The notes: generated by a model from the sequence alone, not told the origin. A stretch of 64,000 bases of DNA from Deltaproteobacteria bacterium (GCA_033763315.1 JANRKS010000019.1:1-64000); one strand, 5' to 3'; positions 8,762 to 19,226 are shown, numbered from the stretch's first letter. Translations and numbers: made by a program.

Positions 8762-10567
8762 TCACTGGGCCAGCGGACGGGCTGCCACCCAGATCCCGCT
8801 CAACTCGGTGTTGCCCGCTGGGCTTCGAACCTGCGCGGTCCACAAACCGGGGTCGCCGCGGGAGGGAACGAGGCTGCCCAGCCCCTTGACTGTGCCGTCG
8901 ACCGTGCGATCCAAGATGGACGCGGAGCCGTCGAGAACAAAATCGATGTCGTCGCCATCCAAGGCGTCGAAGCCTGCGGTCAGTTGCGTTGCCATCGTTT
9001 CAAGTCCCGCGGTGCAGGCCGTCTGCAAGCAGCCACCCGGTTTGCCGAGTTGCGGGCAGAGCAGGGCGTCCAGCGCGTCGCAGCCCTTTACATTGGGCGC
9101 GCCGGGCGCGGCCGCTTGTGAAAACAGGTCGTTCAAGAAGACGCGCTCGTCGGCCGCGAACCCTTGATACGTCAAGACGCGGTTGCGAAAGGCGGCGTGC
9201 GCGGCGCTGCCCAGTCTCATGCCGAAGCCGTGTTTTAAGAATGTGAGGGCCTTCTGCGCGTCATCCACCTTGGCTTGCACGAATCGCGAAAACCGGCCGG
9301 GCCGCGATGACAACGGAACTGAGTAGAACGACAAACCCACGGAGAATCCCAAGCTGCGGGCTGTGTGCGTGCCCACCCAGGTGCCTGCTTCACCCGACGG
9401 CGCAAGCTCAATCGAAGAAGCAAATCGAATCTGCGAAAACAGGCCGGCGGCGGCCTTCGCGATGGCGGGCAAGGCCGCGCGTGCTCCCGTGGCGGGGCTT
9501 GGAAACAGCTTCAAAACCTGCGCGTCGGCGCTCATTTGACCTGCGGCGTTCTTGGCGTCACGGCAGCCGTCGGCGGCTTCCATCAGCGTGCCCCGTTTGG
9601 CCAACAGCAGTTGCCCCACAGGACCTTCGTCGGCTTCAGGGATGCAATCCAACTTGCTGCCCGCAGTGGTGGGACCCAGCGCGTCCAACGTGCAATCGAG
9701 CCACCGCTGCGCCGGATCGTGCGGACACCTTGAAAGCTGACCCCAGGCCGCGCCCACAGCTTGCGCTTGTGGCATTGATTCGGGTGCAAATATGAATTCA
9801 GAAGAGGCTTCGTAGGTGGCCGCTAGAGTCACAGGGATGGCCGCGAGCGGTATCGAAAACGTGACTGGCGTGGATTGCAACAGTTGGTTGCCGTGAATCT
9901 GCACGCATCCAAAGCTAATCACGCCCCCCGTTTGGTCGATGGCGCGCGCGGTGAGGGCGTAGCTGCGATCGGTGGCAAGGGAGGGCAGTTGCCATGCCGC
10001 TGCCACCGCCAACGTGCGGCTGTTTGCTGGTTCCGATGGGGCGGGCGTGGTGACATTCAATGCGCCGCACGCGGCGCCCTCGTATAGCCGCATCTCAACT
10101 GAGGCCGGTTTTGTGTCGGCCGCGGGCACAACGATGGCGCTTGCCGGCGCCACAGAGCGCGTTGCCACCACCACAGGCACGAACAGATCGCCGGCGCCGC
10201 TCCAACTGGCGCGCACGCGGAATGAGCCTGCTGCGCCCGCTCGCACGCGGGCCACCACAATGCCCTGGGCGTCCGTAATGCCTTCAGGGGCAAATAAAGA
10301 GGCGCCGGCCACACCCCCTTCGCTTGCGGGCGCGTCCACCAAGGCAAACCTCACGGTGTTCGAAGCACGCGCGCGACCCGCCTTGTCGGCCAGGCGAAAG
10401 TTCACCTCCCCCACCTGACCGGGGGCGAGCCCCAAAGCGGCGGGCTCGGCGGTCAGCACCAAGTTGGTGGGCACGCTGCCACCCGCGGACTCGTCACCGC
10501 AGGCGCACATCAGCAGCAGCGCCATCCAGACGGCGGCGGGGCGGGCAGGTTTTCCACAGGTCGCCAT
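8762..10567 (-). CDS. Cys-rich myxobacterial-type lipoprotein with an N-terminal Ig-like domain, function unknown
   Basis: Lipobox-like MCAC, invasin-like TDAQG.V...RAG strand and several paired Cys. Confidence 0.65.
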   Translation of the reverse strand: MATCGKPARPAAVWMALLLMCACGDESAGGSVPTNLVLTAEPAALGLAPGQVGEVNFRLADKAGRARASNTVRFALVDAPASEGGVAGASLFAPEGITDAQGIVVARVRAGAAGSFRVRASWSGAGDLFVPVVVATRSVAPASAIVVPAADTKPASVEMRLYEGAACGALNVTTPAPSEPANSRTLAVAAAWQLPSLATDRSYALTARAIDQTGGVISFGCVQIHGNQLLQSTPVTFSIPLAAIPVTLAATYEASSEFIFAPESMPQAQAVGAAWGQLSRCPHDPAQRWLDCTLDALGPTTAGSKLDCIPEADEGPVGQLLLAKRGTLMEAADGCRDAKNAAGQMSADAQVLKLFPSPATGARAALPAIAKAAAGLFSQIRFASSIELAPSGEAGTWVGTHTARSLGFSVGLSFYSVPLSSRPGRFSRFVQAKVDDAQKALTFLKHGFGMRLGSAAHAAFRNRVLTYQGFAADERVFLNDLFSQAAAPGAPNVKGCDALDALLCPQLGKPGGCLQTACTAGLETMATQLTAGFDALDGDDIDFVLDGSASILDRTVDGTVKGLGSLVPSRGDPGLWTAQVRSPAGNTELSGIWVAARPLAQ

Positions 10568-10638
10568 CGGCAAAATCCTAAAAAATATAGCTCATCTCCC
10601 AGGCTTGCGGCCGTTCATCCGATGGCGGCAAAGGTTCG

Positions 10639-10667
10639 TTGACCCTGGCACGGTGCGATGCTACCCA
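10639..10667 (+). promoter_or_regulatory. Putative sigma70-type promoter of dnaE
   Basis: TTGACC-N17-TACCCA, with a TGn extension, 12 nt before the ATG at 10680. Confidence 0.35.
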
Positions 10668-10679
10668 AATGTTCAGCGG

Positions 10680-13600
10680 ATGCCCGAGTTTTCTCATCTT
10701 CACTTGCACACCCAGTACAGCTTGCTTGACGGCGCCATCCGCGTAGACGAGCTGTTTCCCCGCGTGCTCGAACGCGGCATGAAGTCGGTGGCCATGACCG
10801 ACCATGGCAACTTGTTCGGCGCTATCCACTTCTATGAGACGGCCAAGGCCCATGGGGTCAAGCCCATCTTCGGCTGCGAGACCTACGTGGCGCCCGATCG
10901 TTTGGACAAGACCGAGCGCAAGAGCAACCACTTGATCCTGCTGGCCAAAGATCAGGTGGGTTGGAAGAACCTGTCTTATTTGAATTCGATGGGGTACCTG
11001 GAGGGTTTCTATTTCAATCCTCGCATCGATAAGAAGCTGCTCAAAGAGCACAGCGAAGGCTTGATCGCGCTATCGGCGTGTTTGGGCGGTGAAGTGGCCC
11101 AGACGATCACACGCAAAGGCCCCGACGCCGCGGTGGACGTGGCGCGCGAATACGATTCGATATTTGGTCGCGGCAACTTCTTTTTGGAGATGATGCCCAA
11201 TGGCCTTGAGGAGCAAGAGCAGGTCAACGGCCACCTGGTTGAGATCTCCCAGAAAACCGACATTCCCTTGGTGGCGACCAATGATTGCCACTATGTGGAT
11301 CGACGAGACGCGCGCCCGCACGAGATCCTTTTGTGCGTGCAGCAAAAGCGCACAATCAACGATGAAAAGCGGCTCAAACACACGTCCGACGCGTATTGGG
11401 TGAAGTCCCCGGCGGAGATGGAATCGTATTTCAAGCACATCCCGCAGGCGCTGGAAAACGCGGCCATGATCGGCGAGTTGTGCAAGGTTGAATTCGATCT
11501 CAAGCAGAACCACCTGCCGCGCTACAAAGTGCCCGAGGGTTACGACGCCAACTCGTATGTGCGCAAGCTGGCCGAAGAGGGCCTCAAGCAGCGATTGGAT
11601 CTGGCGGTGCGTCTGGGTCAGAAGATCGACGGGGACAATTACCTGCGTCGGCTTGAACTTGAACTGGCCGTCATCGAACGGATGGGGTTCTCCGGTTACT
11701 TCCTCATCGTGTGGGATTTCATCAACTATGCCAAGGAGCATGGAATCCCCGTAGGCCCAGGGCGTGGTTCGGGCGCCGGTTCATTGGTGGCTTATTGCTT
11801 GCGCATCACGGACATCGATCCGATCTTGCACAAGCTGTTGTTCGAGCGTTTCTTGAATCCGGATCGTATTTCGATGCCGGACTTCGACGTCGATTTTTGC
11901 ATGAACCGCCGCGACGAGGTGATCAACTACGTCTCGGAAAAGTACGGCAAAAACAACGTCGGCCAAATCGTGACGATGCACCAGCTGAAGGCGCGCAGCT
12001 GCATCCGCGATGTGGCCCGAGCCATGGGCATGTCGCCCGCCGATGGCAACCGCGTGGCGGCGCTGGTGCCGGAGCCGGTGCAAGGCAAAAGCCCCCCGAT
12101 CTCGAAGGCCATCGATCAAGAGCCGCGTCTCAAAGAGCTTTACGACGGTGAATACCGGGAACTGCTCGATACGGCGAAAGTGTTGGAGGGCCTGAACCGC
12201 CACGCCGGCAAGCACGCCGCGGGCGTGGTGATTGGCGAGATGCCGCTGTGGCATTACGTGCCGTGCTTTAAGCCTGCGGGCGAAGAGGGCATCGTCACGC
12301 AGTTCAACATGACCGACGTTGAAAAAGTCGGTCTGATCAAGTTCGACTTTCTTGGCCTCAAAACACTGACCGTGATTCAAACGGCGGTGGATCTGGCCAA
12401 CGCCTACCGCACCACGCGCGGCGAAGCCGCGTTGGATATGGCGGCGGTGCCGCTGGACGACGTCGAGGTCTATAAAATGATCTCCGCGGCGGACGTGACG
12501 GGCGTGTTCCAGCTGGAATCTTCGGGCTTTCGCGAGCTTTTGAAGAAGCTTAAACCCGACTGCTTCGAAGACATCGTGGCCGCGGGCGCGCTTTACCGCC
12601 CCGGTCCGCTTGAAGGCGGCATGGTCGATGACTTCATCGAGCGCAAACACGGCCGCAAAGTGGTGGAATACATGCACCCGTGCCTTGAGCCCATTCTCAA
12701 GGACACCTACGGAGTCATCGTTTACCAAGAGCAGGTGATGCAGATCGCTTCGGCGATGGCCGGCTACAGCCTCGGAGGCGCCGATTTGCTTCGGCGTGCC
12801 ATGGGGAAGAAAAAGGCCGAGGTCATGGACAAGGAAAAGGCCAAATTCCTTGCCGGAGCCGAGACCAAAGAGATCGATCTCAAGGTCGCCGGCGCCGTGT
12901 TCGACCTGATGGCCAAATTCGCGGGTTACGGCTTTAACCGCAGCCACTCGGCAGCTTACGGTCTGCTCACGTATCAAACGGCCTATCTAAAGCGTTACTA
13001 CCCCGTTGAGTTCTTCGCCGCGCTGATGAGCTGCGACAAGGACAACACGGAGTCCGTGGTGAAGTTCATCGCGGAGGCGCGCGACCAGGGCATCGGCGTG
13101 GAGCGACCCGACGTCAACGAATCGGGCGCAGACTTCACTGTGGTTCCAGCACGCCCCGAGGCCGTGAATGCCAAGGGCGAACCCGTGACACGCAAGCGTG
13201 GCGTGGGCGTTGACGGCACGCGCGCGATTCGTTTCGGATTGGGGGCGGTCAAGGGCGTGGGCGAGGGCGCCGTGGAAGCGATGATCAACGCTCGCAAGCA
13301 GACCGGGCCCTTTGCCTCCATCTTCGATTTCTGCAATCGCAGCGACATGCGCAAGGTGAACCGCAAGGTGCTTGAGCAGTTGGTCAAGTCAGGTGCGTTT
13401 GATGGCATCGCCGAGAAAAACGGCGTTTCGCGCGGTAAATTGTTCCTGGCCATTGGGCCCGCGATCGATCGGGCCAGCTCGGCGCAGAAGGAACGCGAAA
13501 GCGGCCAAACGAACTTGTTGTCTCTGTTGGGCGGCGGAAACAAAGCGGTTGAGCCCATCGACGATCACTATATGGATGGTGACGAATGGGCGCCCACGGA

Positions 13601-14240
13601 GCTTTTGGCGTTCGAGAAAGAGAGCCTTGGCTTTTACATCAGTGGCCATCCCCTTGATCGGTTTGCCAGTGAGATTCGTCGCTTCGCCAATGCCACCACC
13701 GCCAATTGCATGGCCCGCGGGCCGCGCGCCGAGGTGACTCTTGCTGGCGTTGTGAACGATTACCAAGAGCGCATCGCCAAAAGCGGCAGCGGCAAATACG
13801 CCTTCTTCAAGTTGGAAGATCAGTACGGGCAGGTTGAGTTCTCGGTTGGCGCGATGAAGATCAACGACTTTCGGGAGGTGCTGGCCAGCGGTGATCCTCT
13901 GTTGGTTCGCGGCACCGTGGAAGCGTCCTTTGGCGACGAAACCGTGCGGGAGCGCCTGCGCTTCTTGGACGCGCGCTTGTTGGCGTCAGTGCGCTCAGAA
14001 AACAGCCGCCTGATGGAGATCCGGGTCAACGCCAACACCATCAAGGAAGAAGATCTGAGCGTGCTGGAGAAGCTGTTGCGCCAACACGAAGGCACGTGCA
14101 AAACGCGCCTGCTCTTGGAGATCCCCCAGCGCAGCCAAACGCTCATCGAACTGCCGGATGAGTACCGGGTGGCCATCGGCGAGGATCTGCTCAACCGCAT
14201 TGAGCAACTTTTCGGCCCTCATACCGCCGTTCTTCGCTAG
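10680..14240 (+). CDS. dnaE: DNA polymerase III alpha subunit
   Basis: PHP domain HLHLHTQYSLLDG, GPGRGSGAGS, catalytic PDFDVDF, KFDFLGLKTLT, GYGFNRSH and an OB fold. No intein seen. Confidence 0.98.
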   Translation: MPEFSHLHLHTQYSLLDGAIRVDELFPRVLERGMKSVAMTDHGNLFGAIHFYETAKAHGVKPIFGCETYVAPDRLDKTERKSNHLILLAKDQVGWKNLSYLNSMGYLEGFYFNPRIDKKLLKEHSEGLIALSACLGGEVAQTITRKGPDAAVDVAREYDSIFGRGNFFLEMMPNGLEEQEQVNGHLVEISQKTDIPLVATNDCHYVDRRDARPHEILLCVQQKRTINDEKRLKHTSDAYWVKSPAEMESYFKHIPQALENAAMIGELCKVEFDLKQNHLPRYKVPEGYDANSYVRKLAEEGLKQRLDLAVRLGQKIDGDNYLRRLELELAVIERMGFSGYFLIVWDFINYAKEHGIPVGPGRGSGAGSLVAYCLRITDIDPILHKLLFERFLNPDRISMPDFDVDFCMNRRDEVINYVSEKYGKNNVGQIVTMHQLKARSCIRDVARAMGMSPADGNRVAALVPEPVQGKSPPISKAIDQEPRLKELYDGEYRELLDTAKVLEGLNRHAGKHAAGVVIGEMPLWHYVPCFKPAGEEGIVTQFNMTDVEKVGLIKFDFLGLKTLTVIQTAVDLANAYRTTRGEAALDMAAVPLDDVEVYKMISAADVTGVFQLESSGFRELLKKLKPDCFEDIVAAGALYRPGPLEGGMVDDFIERKHGRKVVEYMHPCLEPILKDTYGVIVYQEQVMQIASAMAGYSLGGADLLRRAMGKKKAEVMDKEKAKFLAGAETKEIDLKVAGAVFDLMAKFAGYGFNRSHSAAYGLLTYQTAYLKRYYPVEFFAALMSCDKDNTESVVKFIAEARDQGIGVERPDVNESGADFTVVPARPEAVNAKGEPVTRKRGVGVDGTRAIRFGLGAVKGVGEGAVEAMINARKQTGPFASIFDFCNRSDMRKVNRKVLEQLVKSGAFDGIAEKNGVSRGKLFLAIGPAIDRASSAQKERESGQTNLLSLLGGGNKAVEPIDDHYMDGDEWAPTELLAFEKESLGFYISGHPLDRFASEIRRFANATTANCMARGPRAEVTLAGVVNDYQERIAKSGSGKYAFFKLEDQYGQVEFSVGAMKINDFREVLASGDPLLVRGTVEASFGDETVRERLRFLDARLLASVRSENSRLMEIRVNANTIKEEDLSVLEKLLRQHEGTCKTRLLLEIPQRSQTLIELPDEYRVAIGEDLLNRIEQLFGPHTAVLR

Positions 14241-14294
14241 CCCGCGCCAAACCTGGTTTATAGTCGGGCCAGTCACGAACGGATTACGAACGAA

Positions 14295-15359
14295 ATGTAC
14301 AGCTTGATGTTCGGGTGCGGCAGATTGAAGGCACTTTTCGTGGGCGTGTTGGGTTTGGTGATGTTGATGGCGGTGCGGCCGGTCCAAGCCGACGGCACGC
14401 CCCACCGTCGCACGGTGGTGCTGCGGTTGGATTTTGAGGGCTCGGTCAATGAAGTCAGCCGCGACCAATTGGTGCGCCGCTTGTTTGAAGGTTTGGCCGC
14501 GGCAGGCTTTCAAGTGTTTTCCGCCGACGAACCGGTGGCCAAGCTTTACCAATCGAGCCCCCAGCTCAAGTCGTGTGAAGAGGCCACGTGTTACATGCAG
14601 ATCGCGGCCGCTTTGCAGGCAAACTTTCTTGTGGTGGGCAAGGTGGAAGCGAAACGGCGCGATTACGACATCCAGGTGCGCCTGATTGATGGCCGCACCG
14701 GTGAGGTGCTTGAAACCACCAAACAGCGCTGCGATGTGTGCGGCATTCAAGAGGCGGGCGATACCGTCAACGTCGCGGGCGTTTCACTGCGCAGCGGTTT
14801 AGATAAGGTGGAAGCGCCCGCGCAGATCACCTTTGAAAGCCGGCCGTCCGGCGCCTTGGTTGAATCGGATGGGCAACCGCTGGGTTTTACGCCTTTGACC
14901 CAAGAGCTGAATGTGGGCGTTCACCAACTGTCGATCACAAAGCCTGGCTATAAGCCCACGTCGCGTTCCATTGAGGTTTTGCCGGGGTCGGCGCAAAGCG
15001 TGTCGCTGGATCTGGTGCCGCAGCCGGGGCCGTTCTTATCGCCTGGATGGCGAACGGCCGGCTGGGTCAGCCTGACCGTGGGCGTGGCCGCCATGGGCGT
15101 TGGCAGTTACCTGTTGTCTTTGCAGGGCGACGGCACGAATTGCACGGGGGAAGGTGCGGCCAAGATGTGCCCCGAGAAGTATGAAGTTCGTTGGGCCTCT
15201 GCTGGCTTGTTGGCCGGCGGCGGTATGTTGGCGGGCCTCGGCGGGCTGGTGGTGTTCGTGGCACCTAGCGTGGTGGAGGCGAACACGCTAAAGAGCGACG
15301 CTGGGCAAGCTTCGACTCAAACCGCGTTTTGGCGTGTTGTCCTCAGCGGCAATTTCTGA
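14295..15359 (+). CDS. PEGA domain-containing exported/membrane protein
   Basis: Signal peptide, an alpha/beta N-domain with Cys pairs, PEGA motif SRPSGALVESDG..LGFTPL...GVHQLSITKPGY and a hydrophobic C-terminus. Confidence 0.8.
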   Translation: MYSLMFGCGRLKALFVGVLGLVMLMAVRPVQADGTPHRRTVVLRLDFEGSVNEVSRDQLVRRLFEGLAAAGFQVFSADEPVAKLYQSSPQLKSCEEATCYMQIAAALQANFLVVGKVEAKRRDYDIQVRLIDGRTGEVLETTKQRCDVCGIQEAGDTVNVAGVSLRSGLDKVEAPAQITFESRPSGALVESDGQPLGFTPLTQELNVGVHQLSITKPGYKPTSRSIEVLPGSAQSVSLDLVPQPGPFLSPGWRTAGWVSLTVGVAAMGVGSYLLSLQGDGTNCTGEGAAKMCPEKYEVRWASAGLLAGGGMLAGLGGLVVFVAPSVVEANTLKSDAGQASTQTAFWRVVLSGNF

Positions 15360-15374
15360 TCTACTGTGGGTCGC

Positions 15375-16091
15375 ATGACCTCATCCTCCTTGTCAGGGCC
15401 GGCCAGTGACACCTCATCTGGGCCTTTGAAGGCTGGCGCTCTCGGGGGCTTACTGGCGGTGGCTTTGGGCGCGGCCAGCTTTGGTTTCGCCGTGTTCGTC
15501 TATGTGGTGCCTTATCGCAAGGCCGTGCGCGATCTCAAAATGGCACGGGGTGAATTGTTGGCGGCCAAGGCGGAGGCGGCCGGTCACGAGCGTGAACTCA
15601 TCTTGCTGCGAGGAGATCTATCAAACGCCCAGCAGGCAGCGGGTGACGCGGTCGCGAACGTTCGTTCACAAACCAACATCATGCGTTTGGCTATGCAAGA
15701 GCAGGCCAAATCCGCACCCGCGGGCGCCATCGATCTACGCCTTGAAGCGCGTGGCTTGCAGTTGACGTTTGCTTCGGAATATTTGTTTGCCGGCGGTGGC
15801 GCACAACTTTCTGAAGGTGGTGTTGCGGCGCTGAAGACGTTGGGCCGCTCCATTGGCAGGAGCGCGTCGCGCGTGATTGTCACCGCGCCTTTAGGCAAAA
15901 CGCGCGTGCCACCCGAACTCGCCAAGGATTTTCCGTCAAGCGACGCCTTGAGCGCTGAACGTGTGCGCGTGGTGGTTAAGGCGTTGGATCAAGCTGGTGT
16001 GGGAACAAACCTTTTGTGGGGCGTGAGCACGGGCGGACCCGCAGGCGACAAAGACGCCACCGTGGGCATTGAGATCACGCCCAGCAACTGA
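15375..16091 (+). CDS. Membrane-anchored coiled-coil protein with a degenerate OmpA/MotB C-terminal domain
   Basis: N-terminal TM helix, coiled coil, LFAGGGAQLS..G...L, and LSAERV..VV..L...GV. Confidence 0.65.
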   Translation: MTSSSLSGPASDTSSGPLKAGALGGLLAVALGAASFGFAVFVYVVPYRKAVRDLKMARGELLAAKAEAAGHERELILLRGDLSNAQQAAGDAVANVRSQTNIMRLAMQEQAKSAPAGAIDLRLEARGLQLTFASEYLFAGGGAQLSEGGVAALKTLGRSIGRSASRVIVTAPLGKTRVPPELAKDFPSSDALSAERVRVVVKALDQAGVGTNLLWGVSTGGPAGDKDATVGIEITPSN

Positions 16092-16104
16092 TCGCCCTTG
16101 GGAT

Positions 16105-16869
16105 TTAGTCGCCCTTCCAAAACCGAACGGGCCCCGTGTCGCAATGAACAAAGGCCGAATGCGGGTAGATGCCCACGCCGCCTAAGTTCAAGCTGCGTAC
16201 AAACGCCCAAAGATCTTTCGTGCTGACACCACGCAAACGAAAGTCGGCCGCCTTGCCTTCGCAATGTTGGCTGGTCTGTGCCACCTGGTGTCCCTTCTTT
16301 CGCAGCGAGAGGTTGTATTTGGGCGAGCGATAGCCAGACACCAATTCAACGCGGTTTGATTTGAACTTCAGCGCCGCGCGCGTGATCGCATCCAAGAGAG
16401 CAGGATCCACGTCCGTGGCTTGGTTGCTGTAGTGATCGCGCAGCAGGTTTCGAAACGCGGGGTAGGCGTTCACGCCGGGCAACAGCGGCAATGCCTCACG
16501 TAGGTGCACGCTGAACAAGGTGGTGATCGGCAGGATGCGGCTGCCCACGGGCGGCAGGGCCAGGGGCAAAGCGGGGGGCGTTGGACGGTTGCGGGGCACC
16601 GGCCGGCCGGCAAGCAGCGCCGCTTGCTTCGCCGCCGCTTTCACCAGCGCCAATTGTTGATCGGTGACTCGCATGCGCGGGCGGCGCTGCTTTTCTTCCC
16701 ACCACAAGCGCTTCTTGGAGCGCACCACAGGCACGGGATCCGCGTGCACAAAGCGGCCGCCGGCTCCTTGCAACGGTGCCATGAAATCCTGGTCAGGCAC
16801 AGGCGTTGCGACGCCAGGTGACCCTTGCACCCAAGCAAAACACAACGCTGCGATTGACCACACCAACAT
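16105..16869 (-). CDS. YcbK/DUF882 (peptidase M15, MepK-like) peptidoglycan endopeptidase
   Basis: SGYRSPKYN, SQH..GKAADF, GGVGIYP.S.FVHCDTGPVR.W, plus a signal peptide. Confidence 0.88.
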   Translation of the reverse strand: MLVWSIAALCFAWVQGSPGVATPVPDQDFMAPLQGAGGRFVHADPVPVVRSKKRLWWEEKQRRPRMRVTDQQLALVKAAAKQAALLAGRPVPRNRPTPPALPLALPPVGSRILPITTLFSVHLREALPLLPGVNAYPAFRNLLRDHYSNQATDVDPALLDAITRAALKFKSNRVELVSGYRSPKYNLSLRKKGHQVAQTSQHCEGKAADFRLRGVSTKDLWAFVRSLNLGGVGIYPHSAFVHCDTGPVRFWKGD

Positions 16870-17154
16870 GCGCCGGCAAGTCTAGCCGAACTTTCAGCGC
16901 GCTTGCCGAGGCACTGGCGTGTTTATCAATTCACATGCAGCAGCTGTCGCGGTAACCGCAACGCAAACAACGGTAATGTGCGTGTTCCGGTTGCATCTGC
17001 GTTTCACACACAGGGCAGCGGGTGGAAAAATCAGGTTTGCACGTGGGGCCGCTTGCAGATGTGTTGGCGGCGCCCGAAGCATCCGTTTTCACCGTTGGCT
17101 TTTCCATCCACCGAACTTACCTGCGCCGGGCCCGTGCGGGAATAGGGCTGGGGA

Positions 17155-18009
17155 TTAAGACGATGTCTTCGACGTTTCGGCCTCGGAGCGGCGACGCAGA
17201 CCCACCAGCTGGTTCAGCGAGCCCGACGCGAATCCGGCGAGATCCAACGCGACGAAGGTGAATCCCAAGCGCCGACCCAATGAAACTATCTGCTCGCGCA
17301 CAGCCGGCTCAAGCGCCCGTGGCATCGCTGACGCTTCGAGTTCGACGCGCGCGATCTCGCCGTGGTATCGCACGCGAAGTTGCCGAAAGCCCAAAGCGCG
17401 CAACCCATCCTCGAAGGTGTCCACTTGTTTTAAACGCTCTTGCGTGATTTCCGTGCCGTAAGGAAAGCGAGACGACAAGCACGCCAGCTGCGGCTTATCC
17501 CACGTGGGCAACCCCAACTCTTTAGACAGCGCGCGCACGTCTGGCTTAGTTAGCCCCGCTTCCACCATGGGATGCATGGCGCCGCGCTCATCGGCCGCCT
17601 TAAGCCCCGGCCGATGGTCGCCGAGATCGTCTACATTCGTGCCAAGCAGAACGCTGGTGAATCCCAAGCGCGCCGCCAGGGGCTGTGCGTGCTCCATCAA
17701 CTCAGCCTTGCAGTGGTAACAGCGATCCACAGGATTCTGTGCGAAGCCTGGGCGTTGGAGCTCGGCTGATTCGATCACGTGGTGAACCACGCCCATCTCG
17801 CGTCCCAATTTGATCGCTTCTGCCCGCTCGCTCTCCGCCATCGTTACGGACACAGCCGTCATGGCCACGCAACGCTCACCCAAAACATCGTGAGCCACTT
17901 TCAGCAGCAGCGCCGAATCCACGCCCCCCGAAAAACAAACCACCGCAGAGTCGGCGCGCGCGATTGCGGCACGCAGGGCTTCATATTTCGTTTGCAGCTG
18001 GGGTGTCAT
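17155..18009 (-). CDS. larE: LarE family ATP-dependent sulfur transferase (TIGR00268-like)
   Basis: PP-loop FSGGVDS, DRCYHCK, GTNVDDLGDHRPG, ACLSSRFPYG, RVRYHG. Confidence 0.92.
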   Translation of the reverse strand: MTPQLQTKYEALRAAIARADSAVVCFSGGVDSALLLKVAHDVLGERCVAMTAVSVTMAESERAEAIKLGREMGVVHHVIESAELQRPGFAQNPVDRCYHCKAELMEHAQPLAARLGFTSVLLGTNVDDLGDHRPGLKAADERGAMHPMVEAGLTKPDVRALSKELGLPTWDKPQLACLSSRFPYGTEITQERLKQVDTFEDGLRALGFRQLRVRYHGEIARVELEASAMPRALEPAVREQIVSLGRRLGFTFVALDLAGFASGSLNQLVGLRRRSEAETSKTSS

Positions 18010-18032
18010 GAGGGATTCCGAGTATAGCAAGG

Positions 18033-19226
18033 TCAAAGGGACACGCGTTCCGCGGCATCGGCGGCTTCGTCGGCCAATGCGTTGAAGTCAAAGTTCTCCT
18101 CGCTTCGGACCGCGTCTGCCGGCCGCGCGCCCGTGGCGGGGTTAGGCGGAACAAACAGGGAACAGCAGTCGTCGTAGGGCAGGGTCGAAAGGTCGAACGT
18201 GCCAATGCGACGAGCCATCTCAATGGTTTCCACTTTGTCGAAGGTGAGCAAGGGCCGCAGCACCAAGTGTTGCGCCGCTGCTTCAATGGTGCCCATGTTG
18301 CGCACGGTTTGGCTGGCCACCTGGGACAGTGTTTCGCCCGTGACCAACGCATCGGCTTTCAGCCGGTCCGCGAGGCGATCGGCGATGCGCATCATCATGC
18401 GGCGGTAGAGCACCACCCCCAGATCCGCACGGCACGATTCACGGATGCGCTCCTGGATCTTCGTGAAGGGCACAACCCACAGCAGGCCCATGGCGTCCCA
18501 GCCACGCAGAACCCGCGCGAGTGAAACAACTTTGTCCAAAGTCTTTTCGCCCACGAAGGGCGGTGAGTGAAAGTAGACCCCTTCAAGCGATAGCCCGCGC
18601 TTGGCTGCCAAATACGCTGCCACCGGGGAATCGATGCCACCCGATAGCAGCAGCAGGCCTTTGCCCGCGGAACCCACCGGCAAGCCACCGGGCGCCGCGA
18701 GCGTTTCGGCGAACATGAACGTGCCGCCTTTGCTGATCTCAATGCCCACCGTAAAGGCAGGGTCGTGCACATCAACGGGAATGCCCAACCGTTCGATGAT
18801 CCGATCGGCCACCGCACAACTGATGTCGTACGAACGGTGCTCGAACGTTTTGATCGCCCGTTTCGTTTGCACCTTGAAGCTGCGTCGCAGATTCGGGTTG
18901 GCTGTCACAGCGGCCAGAGCCACACGCAATCCGGTTTGCACGATCGCTTCAAGTTCGGTGGGCGGGCACGCCACAGGGGAGATGGACACAAGGCCAAATA
19001 CCTTGCGCACACGCGCTTCCAGATCGTCGAACGCTTCGGGCGCGCAGCGCACCACGATGCGCCCGTGCGGCGCGGTCAACGTGGCGCCTGGAATGTCTTT
19101 GATGGCGCGCCGGATGTTGCGTTCAAGTTGGTGCTCAAACTGCTGACGGTTGCCCGATTTCAAAAACAGTTCGCCGTAACGACACAAAAGCGCCGTGTAG
19201 AGCCGAGATGAAGGCGCTTCGCTCAA
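18033..19226 (-). CDS. thiI: tRNA 4-thiouridine synthase ThiI (THUMP plus PP-loop, no rhodanese domain)
   Basis: RYGELFLKSGNR, GGLPVGS, LLSGGIDSPVA, QVASQT, PYDDCC. The TTG start overlaps the iscS stop (TTGA). Confidence 0.95.
   Translation of the reverse strand: MSEAPSSRLYTALLCRYGELFLKSGNRQQFEHQLERNIRRAIKDIPGATLTAPHGRIVVRCAPEAFDDLEARVRKVFGLVSISPVACPPTELEAIVQTGLRVALAAVTANPNLRRSFKVQTKRAIKTFEHRSYDISCAVADRIIERLGIPVDVHDPAFTVGIEISKGGTFMFAETLAAPGGLPVGSAGKGLLLLSGGIDSPVAAYLAAKRGLSLEGVYFHSPPFVGEKTLDKVVSLARVLRGWDAMGLLWVVPFTKIQERIRESCRADLGVVLYRRMMMRIADRLADRLKADALVTGETLSQVASQTVRNMGTIEAAAQHLVLRPLLTFDKVETIEMARRIGTFDLSTLPYDDCCSLFVPPNPATGARPADAVRSEENFDFNALADEAADAAERVSL

Noticed and set aside
10464-10679. 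Long N-terminal extensions in the ORF track (dnaE here; likewise clpB, iscS, thiI, icmA, rlpA)
   Set aside because: They overlap divergent genes, and homology begins at the downstream start codons used in the feature list.
13140-13220. Insertion in DnaE (ARPEAVNAKGEPVTRKRGVGVDG)
   Set aside because: A short variable loop with no intein termini.
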